A stretch of 39,025 nt of DNA, from NCBI GenBank assembly GCA_000697335.1, contig JNEM01009214.1, forward strand, positions 1 to 39,025. Reading direction: 5' to 3'. Of the stretch, positions 1 through 10,743 are shown piece after piece. The DNA comes from Conidiobolus incongruus B7586. Lineage: Eukaryota. The translations under genes and the position numbers were made by a program. Each line of letters opens with the position of its first letter. Within the stretch, counting starts at the first letter, position 1. A model generated the notes under the pieces. It saw only the letters and a program-made list of their open reading frames with translations. It searched no databases and was not told where the DNA came from.

Positions 1-1649
1 ATTAAAGATTTTTGATTTTTTAATTTAATAAATTAAAACTTGTATTTTATATAGTTCCTTTAAATAATTATAAATCTTTTTATCAAATATTTTGAATATA
101 TTGAAATAATAGCTAATTAAGCATAAATACTCTTAATTAAATAATAGAATATATATTTTCAAATTAAAAAATGATCAAGTTTATTTTCCTCTTAATATAT
201 TTCCCAAAGTATTTTATAATAAAATGAATTAATTATTATCATAAAAAAATATTCTTTAAATTTCATGTTATATTCTATTATTATCAACTATAATTATATA
301 TATTTCCTTATATTTATTTATCTTATATATTAATAATATAATTAAGTTTTTAGAAAGAATATTTATTTAAAAAAAATCATAATTCCAAAATATCAAAAAA
401 ATTTCAATATAAATTTTTATTAAAATTGCATTTTTATTTTAAATATATATTTAATAATTTATAAAAAATTTTTAAAAAATTCGGATTGAAAATAAATTAA
501 TATAATAAAATTAAATTCATATATCATTTATTTAATTTTAAGACATATTGTAATCGATTTAAATTTTATTTTATAAAGCTTAATTTATCTAATGCTTTAT
601 ATAATTATATTTTGATTTCAATATAAATATTGTTTTTCATTGTATAGTAGAATAATATTTGATTTAATAGAGTGATTAAATTAATATATTAAATTTTTTA
701 TTATCAAGTGTGTTTTAAATTTATAATATACATAAATAAATGAAATTTACTTAATTTATCATGAATATTATTAATTATATATTTTTAAAATTAAATTTAT
801 ATCCTTTTTTTATGAGGATATCATATTTAAATTCTCTATTTAAAATAATCTCAATTAGTGTTATGTAGGTGACAAGGTTTAGTTAATAATATGATAAAGA
901 GAATCGTTTATAATAGAAATTATATAAAAATTTAAATCTAGAGTGTAAAAACATTTAATTTTAATGTAACTTATGTTAAATTTATTCACTATGTGAAATT
1001 ATAAATAATAACTATTACGGAAATTAACTTTATCAAAATAGCTCAAAAAATTTATTGTAAATTGGTTACCAAATCATACCTGAAATGATATAGTTTGTTA
1101 TCTATACCATTGATCATATATATTTTAATTTATTGCTATTAATTAATATTTTATTCGAGGTATATAAAATTAAAATCAACTATTCATGTATTATATTCCT
1201 TGAAATATTAAACTTTAAAATAATTTTTCATTTAAAGATAAAAAAGAAGTTTTCATAATGACTACAGAGCGCTGTATCCTTCGTGAGGGAGCATAAATTC
1301 ATATTGTGGGAATAGTAAAAATGTTTTCAAGAAGGTCCGAATCAAAATGAATAATTTTAAATATTATTTAGTTTCAAAATAAAATGGTTTTTAAACTCCA
1401 TTAGTTTAAAATGCATTGTTAATCATTTTAAAAATGAAATATCTTAAAATTAATTTTTAAGATAATTTTCATAGTAATTGATATAATTAAATTTTTAATA
1501 TTGAGGTTTTTATATAGTGTAGCGAATTAAATTCAATATGAGATTGCCGAATGAATTCTATAATAACAATCAGAAATTATTTGGTAAAGATATATTTAAA
1601 TGGATAAAAACCTGCCAAATAGAGTTTTATTATATATTTCAAATATTTA

Positions 1650-2382
1650 ATGTCATTATCTAGTAATAATTTGATCAAAGACCCAACTTTGGGAACTATC
1701 GTACCTGCTCCAAAAATAGTAGGAGGTTACGACGCTGTTTCCCCTTTAAGTACTCGACATTAAATTCTCTTCAATGAGATAGAGAACAAGGCTGTGGCGG
1801 TACTCTATGGAATCAAAACACTCTGATTACTCGGTTAAAGTACATCGTTAAGATACCAATAAAACCGATGCTGAAGAAAATGGTCACACTTACAGGGTAT
1901 TAAAATGGTTGTGCATCCATAATACAATGGATGTACTCAGGATAATAACGATGCTACTATCTGGAAAATTGATGCTCCTTGGGATTACAATGTAAATGTT
2001 GAGTTGGACGATGGTTCTATTGGCAGCACCGACAATACTTTATTAACCGCTATCAGATGGGGCTCGACTGAATCGGGTTCAGATACGACCATATTACATG
2101 AGGTGAAAGTGCCAGTATACAATTTTGATCAATGTCACAAAGATTATCAAAATGCTAAATTAAACATACTTAACCTAAAATATCAAATTTGTGCCGACAA
2201 CACAGACGTTCAGAAGGATACCTATCAAGGTGATTTTACAGACCCCTTGTCCTTGATAAAAAATAGTAAACAAGGTATAGATAGGCTTGACCAATTACGA
2301 AATTGGATATACTCGACCTAAGTTACCTGAGATTTATGCCAGGATTTCATCTTTAATTGAATAGATTTTACGAAATTTCTAA
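1650..2382 (+). pseudogene. Trypsin-like S1A serine protease pseudogene (copy 1)
   Basis: ATG at 1650 reads MSLSSNNLIKDPTLGTIVPAPK-IVGGYD. It then has a 1-nt frameshift near 1748, TGA at a Trp codon (1775-1777), a deletion removing the AAHC catalytic-His motif (about 1830), GDSGGP degraded to GDFTDP, and TAG at the C-terminal Trp (2362-2364). The ancestral stop TAA is at 2380-2382. ORF 2004..2321 is part of it. Confidence 0.93.
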
Positions 2383-4749
2383 GAATTTATGCACTAAAAT
2401 TTAAAGATAATGGTATTGATTAGGCTGATTAAATTTTTTATTAGATACAAACTTAATGAAATATTTTATATACAGATTTGGTAAAATCTTAGATCATAGT
2501 TTGATGTATATTACCTCAATATTTCAATCTAATATCGATTCAACATTATGTATTGGTTTTAATTATTTTATAATCAATTGGAGTTTTAAAGTCATTATAT
2601 AAATTGAAGTAACCTAAATTTTGCAAAAATATTAATATTAATAGGATTTATATATCAAAGTAAAATTTCACTTTTTTAATTGACTATATAAATCAATTTT
2701 ACAATATGATTTTAAATATATACTCATTAATTATAATATTTCAAAATTCTTTTTATATTGATATATCTATTTTAAATTATAAATTGGTAAATTTGATTTT
2801 GACTAATATCCTCATAACAAATATTTATATATTTCATTTTTTATTGAAATAAATATCAAATTAAATTTACTGTTGAACAATTATGAAAAATATTATTCAA
2901 ATGTGTTCATAGATATTCGAAGTTGTTATCAGAGTATATTTAATATTAAAATGCTATTATTCATCATTTATTAGGATACATATTTGGGACTAAACATAAT
3001 TACGGCAAATCAATTCTTTTCATTTAAAACATTTCGAAAAATGAGTTAAGTGTCGTAAATTTGATGATATATTAAACACAATCTGAATTAAATTTATAAA
3101 ATTTGTAACTGAATTATTTAAAATCACTGCAAAATTATGCTTGAGAATTTTAATTGAATTTATTATATTTAACCCATTCCAATTTCTTGATATGAATAAT
3201 TTGGCCCTATTTTTCGCCTATTAATATCCGAAAAATTAATCAAATCTTTTTGAGAATTCAACATCAAATTAGATATTATATTTTCCAGAATAATTTCGTG
3301 TACATAGTACTAAAATCATTACAGTAATTTTTTTACTATGAGCGACTAACTATACAATGATTACATCTTTCCATATTTCAATTTTTCGTTTGTGGCAACA
3401 TTAGTAGCTTCAAGATTACTAATATCATTTATTTGCAATATTTATAGTACAAATTTGTTAAATTACTATATAGAACAAAGCATAATAAATTTCATTATAC
3501 TATCATAAAAAATTAATATTTAAATAAATAATTGTTTGAGTATTATTCAAAATAGACATATTAATAATAAAGCGTTAGAATTTATAAATCTTGAATATGA
3601 TGGTATAGTATAATAAATATTATTATATAAAATAGAAATAATCAAAATGATTATCAAATATAATGAATATATGAATGAACAATTATCTTCAAGTTGATAT
3701 TAATTTGAAAAGTTGATGATTGATTGTTATTTTCATAGGAGTTATTTTATTAATGTATAAACAATAAATCAATAACAATGAATATGTATATATAAAATAC
3801 TTACTACAAATATTCTATTTAAGATTATTTTTTGATGTATAAGTATTATTTAATAATTTGTGAACTACATTAATTATATACTTTAATTAATTTATAAAAT
3901 TATTGAATGTTATTTTCAAACTATCAATAATATTGCCATATATATAAATTTTATTAATCAAATAATCTAAACTATAAACAGCATATGAAGTTTAAAATTT
4001 GATCAGAATTTTTTAATTAAAAATATAATGCAACATATTATATTATTAAAAGAATAATATCAAAATTAATTAATAATTTTATCTTTTTGAATATAATAAA
4101 TATATAAATTATTATTAATTTTGAAAATTTTTAATTTAATTATATTTTTAAAAAACTAAAAATAAATTGGATTATAATGCACTTTAATAATGAAAAATCA
4201 AAATAAAATGTGATCAGATTTTAAAAATTTAAGCAATCAACAAAATATTACAAATATTAAAGATATAAATAAAATAGTTAATTATTTAAATGGTTTGCTT
4301 AAGTCTTAATAACTTATATCTCCACTAGTCAACGGTTGAATTTTTTTAATTTTTTTTAAATTAATAATGAATCACAATTTTAGAAATTTAAAATGAAACT
4401 AATATTTTATCTAATAATAATTTTACAAAAATATATTTTTAAAACAAAATATCCATTTTCATAATATTGTAACACTATTATATAAAATGATTTAATTGAT
4501 TTTGGAGCATATAAATTAAAATTTGATAATATGAATAAAGCAATTAATATACACCACTCAATTTTGTAATGCATAATTGATAGACATCAAAATTGAATTG
4601 ATTATCACTGAAAAATATTTTTAGTATAAATTTGTAAATTTCAAAATTTGTTTTCAATTGTGGATGAAATATAAGTATAACTGATTGATTTAGAATAATG
4701 GTTGACGCACGAGTTCGAAAAAAAACTAATGCTTAATTAATTTTTAAAA

Positions 4750-4759
4750 TATATTTAAA
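4750..4759 (+). promoter_or_regulatory. TATA-like element upstream of trypsin copy 2
   Basis: TATATTTAAA about 50 bp before the ATG at 4809. The same 10-mer lies at the same distance before copy 1 (1591-1600). The AT-rich background lowers significance. Confidence 0.4.
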
Positions 4760-4808
4760 CCGATAATAGGCTGGTAATTACTATATTATTTCCTTTAAAT
4801 TAATAATA

Positions 4809-5579
4809 ATGTCATCATCTGGTAATAGTTTGATCAAAGACCCAACTTCAGGATCTGTTGTACCTCCACCAAGAATAGTAGGAGGTTACGATGTTGATCC
4901 CCCTTTCAAGTACCCAGCGTTCGTTTCTCTTCAATGGGATGGAGAACACGACTGTGGTGGTACTTTATGGAATGGGAATACCGTGATTACTGCTGCACAT
5001 TGCTCTCGAGGCTCTGTGGAAATGAGTACCGTTAAAGTACATCGCCATGACCTGAGTAAAACCGATGAGCAAGAGAAAGGTCACACATATAAGGTATTGA
5101 AGAAGATAGTACATCCAAAGTACAATGACAACACTGAAGACGGCTACGATATTGCAATTTGGAAGCTGAACGCTACTAAGGGGTCTCGTACTAAAGTTGA
5201 ATTGGACGATGGCTCTATCGGGAATAAAGACGGTACTTTATTAAGAGCTATTGGATGGGGTTCGACCGGATCTGGTCCAGCAACTTCCATTTTACAAGAA
5301 GTGAGAGTGCCAGTGTACAACTTTAAAAGATGCAGAAAAGATTATCAAGCTGCTCAATTGAATATGACCAATCCCCAAACTCAAATTTGTGCAGGTTACC
5401 CTGAAGGTCAGAAAGATACTTGTCAAGGTGACTCTGGCGGTCCCTTGTTTATAATGAAAAATGGCAAACAGGTGTTAGTCGGAATAACTAGTTATGGTAT
5501 CGGATGCGCTCGACCCAAATTACCTGGAGTTTATGCTAGAGTGTCAGCTTTAAAGAATTGGATTTTAAATAATGTTTAA
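4809..5579 (+). CDS. Trypsin-like S1A serine protease, intact, 256 aa (copy 2)
   Basis: PPPR|IVGG activation site, TAAHC (His57), YDIAIW (Asp102), KDTCQGDSGGP (Asp189, Ser195), six Cys, C-terminal PGVYARVS. Single uninterrupted ORF with no hydrophobic signal peptide. Confidence 0.97.
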   Translation: MSSSGNSLIKDPTSGSVVPPPRIVGGYDVDPPFKYPAFVSLQWDGEHDCGGTLWNGNTVITAAHCSRGSVEMSTVKVHRHDLSKTDEQEKGHTYKVLKKIVHPKYNDNTEDGYDIAIWKLNATKGSRTKVELDDGSIGNKDGTLLRAIGWGSTGSGPATSILQEVRVPVYNFKRCRKDYQAAQLNMTNPQTQICAGYPEGQKDTCQGDSGGPLFIMKNGKQVLVGITSYGIGCARPKLPGVYARVSALKNWILNNV

Positions 5580-6423
5580 ACCTTAATGCTTTAATAAATT
5601 TTAGATTAATATTGATTGGTTAAAAATCGAGATTATTTGAATTTACATTATATCCTGTAATGTAAAAATAAGTTCAATTAGAATTAAAGAGTATTTTATA
5701 ATTTAATATTAATTTATGTAAAATTACAATTGTGCATATTCAATTAATAAATGGAAAATTTTAAATAAATTAGGTATAAAACTCTTAAATAAAAGTATTT
5801 TAATATTTTTTTACATTCATATCAATTATTTTTATAAAAATTAGTTTGAATTATGAAGAATTTTTAAGCTCAAAAATATATTACAGTATACTAAGTTTAA
5901 ATTTATTATGATAATAAATTGAACACACTATTTGGTATTTTATTTAACCATATCTTAAGTATTTCATCTATATTTTGAAAATTTTGATATTATAAAGCTG
6001 TCTGACAGATAGAATTTAAATTAGATATAATTTTTATATTAAATTATTATATCATGAATATATAATATATTTAACACTTTGTTAATCTATTTGAAAATAT
6101 TAAAATTTCATAATCCTGTTATCAATATGGTTTTGAAATATTGATATATCAAAACCAAATCATTATCATATGTCTGTAATGTATTTAATCATATAACAAT
6201 TAATAATAATAATTCTTAATTTAATACTTTATAGTTCGCAATATTATATTATAATACTCAAAACCAAAACCAAAATAGTTTCAAATTACAAATCAAGTAT
6301 TGATTATTTTGCATAATATCTTTAAACGAAACTTAAATTCATTTATTTTTTCAAATAATATTCAAAAATTAAATAATTGACAAATTTGTAATATTTCTTA
6401 TAATAGAAATTTTTAAATCATAA

Positions 6424-6448
6424 ATATATATATATATATATATATATA
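6424..6448. repeat. (AT)n microsatellite
   Basis: Perfect AT dinucleotide run of about 12 units. Confidence 0.85.
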
Positions 6449-7114
6449 ATTCCAATTTAAAAAGTTATAATCAATGAATACTACCAATTATTTTATAATT
6501 TTCATATAATGATATAAATAATTTAATAGGTTTGAGAAAAAATTATTTAAGATTTATTATTTCCCAAAAAAATATAAAAGGTAGTTTTCTGTTTTGGTGA
6601 ATTTTTCAAGTTAATTATTTTAAAAATGTGATACTAATAAAAATATTTAATATTGACTTTGTTCATTCAGTATATATATATATATATATTCTGATTTTGA
6701 TTAAAATTGATTTATATTTTGTAATACATAGTGAAATAATTTTGATTTTAGAAAAGATTAATCTTCGAAATATTATCCTACTAAGTAGCAAATATTTTAA
6801 TTACATAAAAAGATATTCTGGTTTATGTATCTTTACAAAATTTATAATTTCAAAAAATACAATGTATAAGAATTTTGATATCAATTGAGGAATTTATGAT
6901 TATTTCAATTTTATAACTATTTTAATTGTAATTAGAGCACATTTGAAATTGAAAGAAAATGAATATTGAATTATAATTGGTTATAATATATCTATATAAG
7001 ATATTGAATTAAAATATAACTTAAAATGATGAGTCAAGTAAATTATCCTCATAGTATTATAATTGATTCATTTTAAAATATTTAAATCAAATATTTGTTA
7101 ATATAAATAAAGTC

Positions 7115-7882
7115 TTAAACGTTAGCTAATATCCAATCCCTCAAAGAAGAAACTCTAGCGTAAACACCGGGGAATTTGGGATGAGCACAGCCAATACCAT
7201 AACTAGTTATTCCGACTAACACCTGTTTGCCATCCTTCATCACGAAGATGGGTCCTCCGGAATCGCCTTGGCAAGTGTCCTTTTGACCTTCGGGGTACCC
7301 GGCACAAATTTGGGTTTCGGGATTAGTCATAGTGAGACCCCCAGCATTATAATCCCTTTCGCATTGTTCGAAGTTGTACACAGGTACTTTGACTTCTTGC
7401 AAAACTTTAGTGGCAGGACCAGAGCCGGTAGATCCCCAACCAATAGCGGTTAATAAAGTGCCATCGGTATTACCGTAGGTACCGTCATCCAAGTCGACGT
7501 TAAAGCGTTCAGTGTTGTTATTGTTGATCTTCCAGATAGCAACGTCATAGCCACTGCGAGTAGTGACGTACTTTGGGTGGACGATCTTACTGACAGCTTG
7601 GTAAGTGACACCGCTTTCCTGAGCGTCGGGTTTGCTCAAGTCGTGACGATGAACCTTGAAAGTGACGCTGGAGACTGATCCGGTAGAGCAGTGCGCAGCG
7701 GTGATGACGGTGTTGCCGTTCCATAAGGTTCCACCACAACTGTGGCTACCACCATACTGGAATGATACGAAGCTAGCATACTTGAAAGCAGGATTAACAT
7801 CGTAACCACCAACAATTCTGGGGGGAGGTACGACTCTTCCGGTAGCAGGGTCAACTAAGTTGTGGATTTGAGAAACGGACAT
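7115..7882 (-). CDS. Trypsin-like S1A serine protease, intact, 255 aa (copy 3)
   Basis: MSVSQIHNLVDPATGRVVPPPR|IVGG, TAAHC, YDVAIW, KDTCQGDSGGP, six Cys. In-frame stops lie just upstream of the ATG. Confidence 0.97.
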   Translation of the reverse strand: MSVSQIHNLVDPATGRVVPPPRIVGGYDVNPAFKYASFVSFQYGGSHSCGGTLWNGNTVITAAHCSTGSVSSVTFKVHRHDLSKPDAQESGVTYQAVSKIVHPKYVTTRSGYDVAIWKINNNNTERFNVDLDDGTYGNTDGTLLTAIGWGSTGSGPATKVLQEVKVPVYNFEQCERDYNAGGLTMTNPETQICAGYPEGQKDTCQGDSGGPIFVMKDGKQVLVGITSYGIGCAHPKFPGVYARVSSLRDWILANV

Positions 7883-7934
7883 GTTCGGCTTATTGCCAAG
7901 TTAATTGATACTCTTTTAGCAATCAACCAGCATG

Positions 7935-7942
7935 TTTATATA
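7935..7942 (-). promoter_or_regulatory. TATA box upstream of trypsin copy 3
   Basis: TATATAAA on the minus strand about 53 bp before the ATG at 7882, a position shared with copies 4 and 7. Confidence 0.5.
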
Positions 7943-8990
7943 TTCGAACACAGATTTTATATACCTCTCAACATTAATCAAATAGTCACTGTTGTGATAC
8001 ATTTAAAAAAAGTAGAATCTTTGAAAGTAATTTGGAACAATGAATAAATTAAATTTTTAATTTAAAACCAAACTCATTTATAAACTGACTAACACTATCT
8101 AAAAATGACAATATATGATATTTCTCAAAATCAAATATATTTTAAGTATTGAAACAGGAACAAAAGGGTTTAGCTTCACATTATTTTAAATTTATTAAAT
8201 TTGTTAAATTTTAAACGGATCTATATTTTAGGTGATAGTTATAAGAATTGAATTGTTTTTATTAGTAAATAAATTAAAACTTTTGAATTATGTAAAAAGC
8301 TATTATATATATCGATAAATATGTAGCTTATTTTTTAATGCTTATTATATATCTTCAACACTATGATTTTGTATTTTATCATGTGATTGATTTAAATTGC
8401 GCTTATTTAAAGAAAAATAGATTAATCAAGTGTTCCAATTTAGATTTTCATTTTTCTCATTAGCATCAATTTAATTAGTGTTTTTAAAAACGAAAAGTTC
8501 AGTTTGTACTTAATAGTTAATCAATTATATCTAATTATTGTTAACCAGAATTAAATGATATTTTAAATATTGTCTTGTTGAAACTATATTTAAAATATAT
8601 TTTATTTCAAATTACAACTGATTTGATTTTCGATAATAAATTTAGACATTTCTATTTAATTAATATATTAGTGTATAATTGTAGATTTTCTTTATATCAT
8701 TACCTTATTTGATTATGAGTTTCATTAATTTAATTTATTCAAATTATGCGTAAATTGAAAGGTGGTTCAATGCACATATATTTGTTCTATTATGTTATAA
8801 CAGATATCTAACTTTTGAACCACTTCATTATTAATTAAAAAACTATAATTTAATGATATGAAATTGAAAATATGAAATATCGGTTATATGGACTAAATTT
8901 TCGATTATCCTAGACCTTTCATATATAAAATAATTCTTGAATATTAATAATTAATCATTGATTCTATTGAAAAAAACTACGAAATATCAA

Positions 8991-8996
<6 letters not shown>

Positions 8997-9025
<29 letters not shown>
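8997..9025. repeat. (AT)n microsatellite
   Basis: Perfect AT dinucleotide run of about 14 units. Confidence 0.85.
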
Positions 9026-9028
<3 letters not shown>

Positions 9029-9924
9029 GAAATTTTTAAACTTGAATAGAAAAAGATGTATATAATTTGTCAAAATAGTTTATTATAATGTTTAAATTTT
9101 AATATTCGATATTTAAGTTAATAAAGCTAGAATTCCACTCAATTTTTTATGAATATAAATATAATTGTGTTGAAATAACCATTTTTCTTATAAGGTTCGG
9201 TCTTTTAGTCTTTATTAATATAAAAGTAATTCACTATAAAATATCATTAACTTTAATTTAAAAAATATGATACATTAATAAAATATATTATAAATATAAC
9301 ATTATCTTAAATTATACCTACTTTACACTACAACAATATTTATATCTGAATTTATGGTTACTAATTATATATTTCTAGTGATATCAATATCACATAATAA
9401 ATTGAAAATGAATGTATAAATTAAAATTAACTGAAAAATACATTAGAATAAAGTTAGAGAACAAACTCAGTATTAACAAAAGTGATCATCAAACTACCAA
9501 TTATGCGAAGGCAATATATATATATATAATGTAGTTTAAACTCTTCTTATAAATGTTGTAATGTTGAGTTTGATCCAAAATTACATAGGATGAATAATAA
9601 TGAGAAAAAATATTGTATTAAATATAAATTTTAAAGAAAATTATGTGCCCATTTTCTAATTTAATGTAGAGTGTAAAATCTGAAAGTTAACTTAATTTTA
9701 ATGAAAATCCATTATTTATACCTGAAACTAGAAAGAGGTATTGATAATTCATTCTTATACTTAAATTTTTGAAATTTTATATTATTATGAAATAATTGAG
9801 AAAAATTAAAAATCACGGGTTAATACTATAAATTCCTAAATTTAATGCATATTGTACCTCAATTTCCTCTAATTTAAAGTGGACTAAATTATTTATTTTT
9901 AAAATTTATTATTTCTAAAAGTAG

Positions 9925-10692
9925 TTAAACATTTTGGAGTATCCATTCCTTCAAGGCTGAAATCCTAGCATATACACCGGGCAATTTGGGTAAAGCACAC
10001 CCGATACCATAACTTGTTAATCCTACCAACACTTGCTTACCATCTTTCATGACGAACAGAGGGCCTCCAGAATCACCTTGACACGTATCTTTTTGACCTT
10101 CTGGATACCCTGCACAAATTTGAGTGTCCCAATTAGTCATTTTGATACCTTCTTCTTCATAGTTTTTACGACATTGGTCAAAATTGAAAATGGGGACTTT
10201 AACCTCTTGTAAAATCGTGGTAGCGGGTCCAGATCCAGTGGAGCCCCATCCAATAGCTGTGAGTAAGGTATCGTTGGTGTTGCCAATAGAACCATCGTCC
10301 AGCTCAACATTTACACCGTAACCCCTAGGTGCGTTAATTTTTCAGATGGCAATGTCGTAACCGTCTCTGGTTCGCTTGTAATTGGGGTGAACAAGTTTGC
10401 TAGTGACATTGTATGTTTTGCCATTCTCTTGGGCGTCAGTCTTACTCAAATCGTGGCGATGTACCTTCACGGTGCTAACTTCCAAAGGATCTTGGGAGCA
10501 GTGAGCCGCTGTGATGACTGTATTGCCGTTATATAAGGTACCACCGCAGTCGTGTTGCCCGTTCCATTGGACTGATACGAATGCTGAATACTTGAAGGCA
10601 GGCTCAACATCATAACCTCCTACTATTCTTGGGGGAGGTACAATAACACCAGAAGATGGATTTTGAATTAGGTTGGATGAGTGAGATGGCAT
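9925..10692 (-). pseudogene. Full-length trypsin-like protease with one in-frame TGA (copy 4); recent pseudogene, null allele or recoded gene
   Basis: 768 nt, the same length as intact copies 3 and 7. ORFs 10342..10692 and 9925..10140 are in the same frame. The sequence between them reads *KINAPRGYGVNVELDDGSIGNTNDTLLTAIGWGSTGSGPATTILQEVKVPIFNFDQCRKNYEEEGIK with no other lesion. The TGA at 10342-10344 replaces a conserved TGG. Triad, Asp189 and six Cys are intact. Confidence 0.9.
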
Positions 10693-10735
10693 TTTTGTAC
10701 TTTGATAATGTTTTCAATTGGCGATGTACTCTATC

Positions 10736-10743
10736 TTTATATA
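10736..10743 (-). promoter_or_regulatory. TATA box upstream of trypsin copy 4
   Basis: TATATAAA on the minus strand about 44 bp before the ATG at 10692. Confidence 0.5.

Noticed and set aside
6128..6157. 9-bp inverted repeat TGGTTTTGA...TCAAAACCA, and ATGGTAC-N6-GTACCAT at 10916-10935
   Set aside because: Short, single occurrences not shared among the paralog flanks, and compatible with chance.
6628..6888. 86-aa ORF, and similar ORFs at 18093, 21372 and 27985
   Set aside because: I/K/F/Y/N-rich products of AT-rich DNA, mostly with non-ATG starts; one spans a TA microsatellite; no motifs.
7916..7933. uORF ATG CTG GTT GAT TGC TAA upstream of copy 3
   Set aside because: It begins immediately after the TATA box, so probably upstream of the transcription start, and is not present in other copies.
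7268..8047. Short ORFs overlapping trypsin genes (7268, 7636, 7862; also 14727, 18826, 19114, 31013)
   Set aside because: Antisense or alternate-frame shadows. The similarity between 7268 and 18826 only mirrors the paralogous sense genes.
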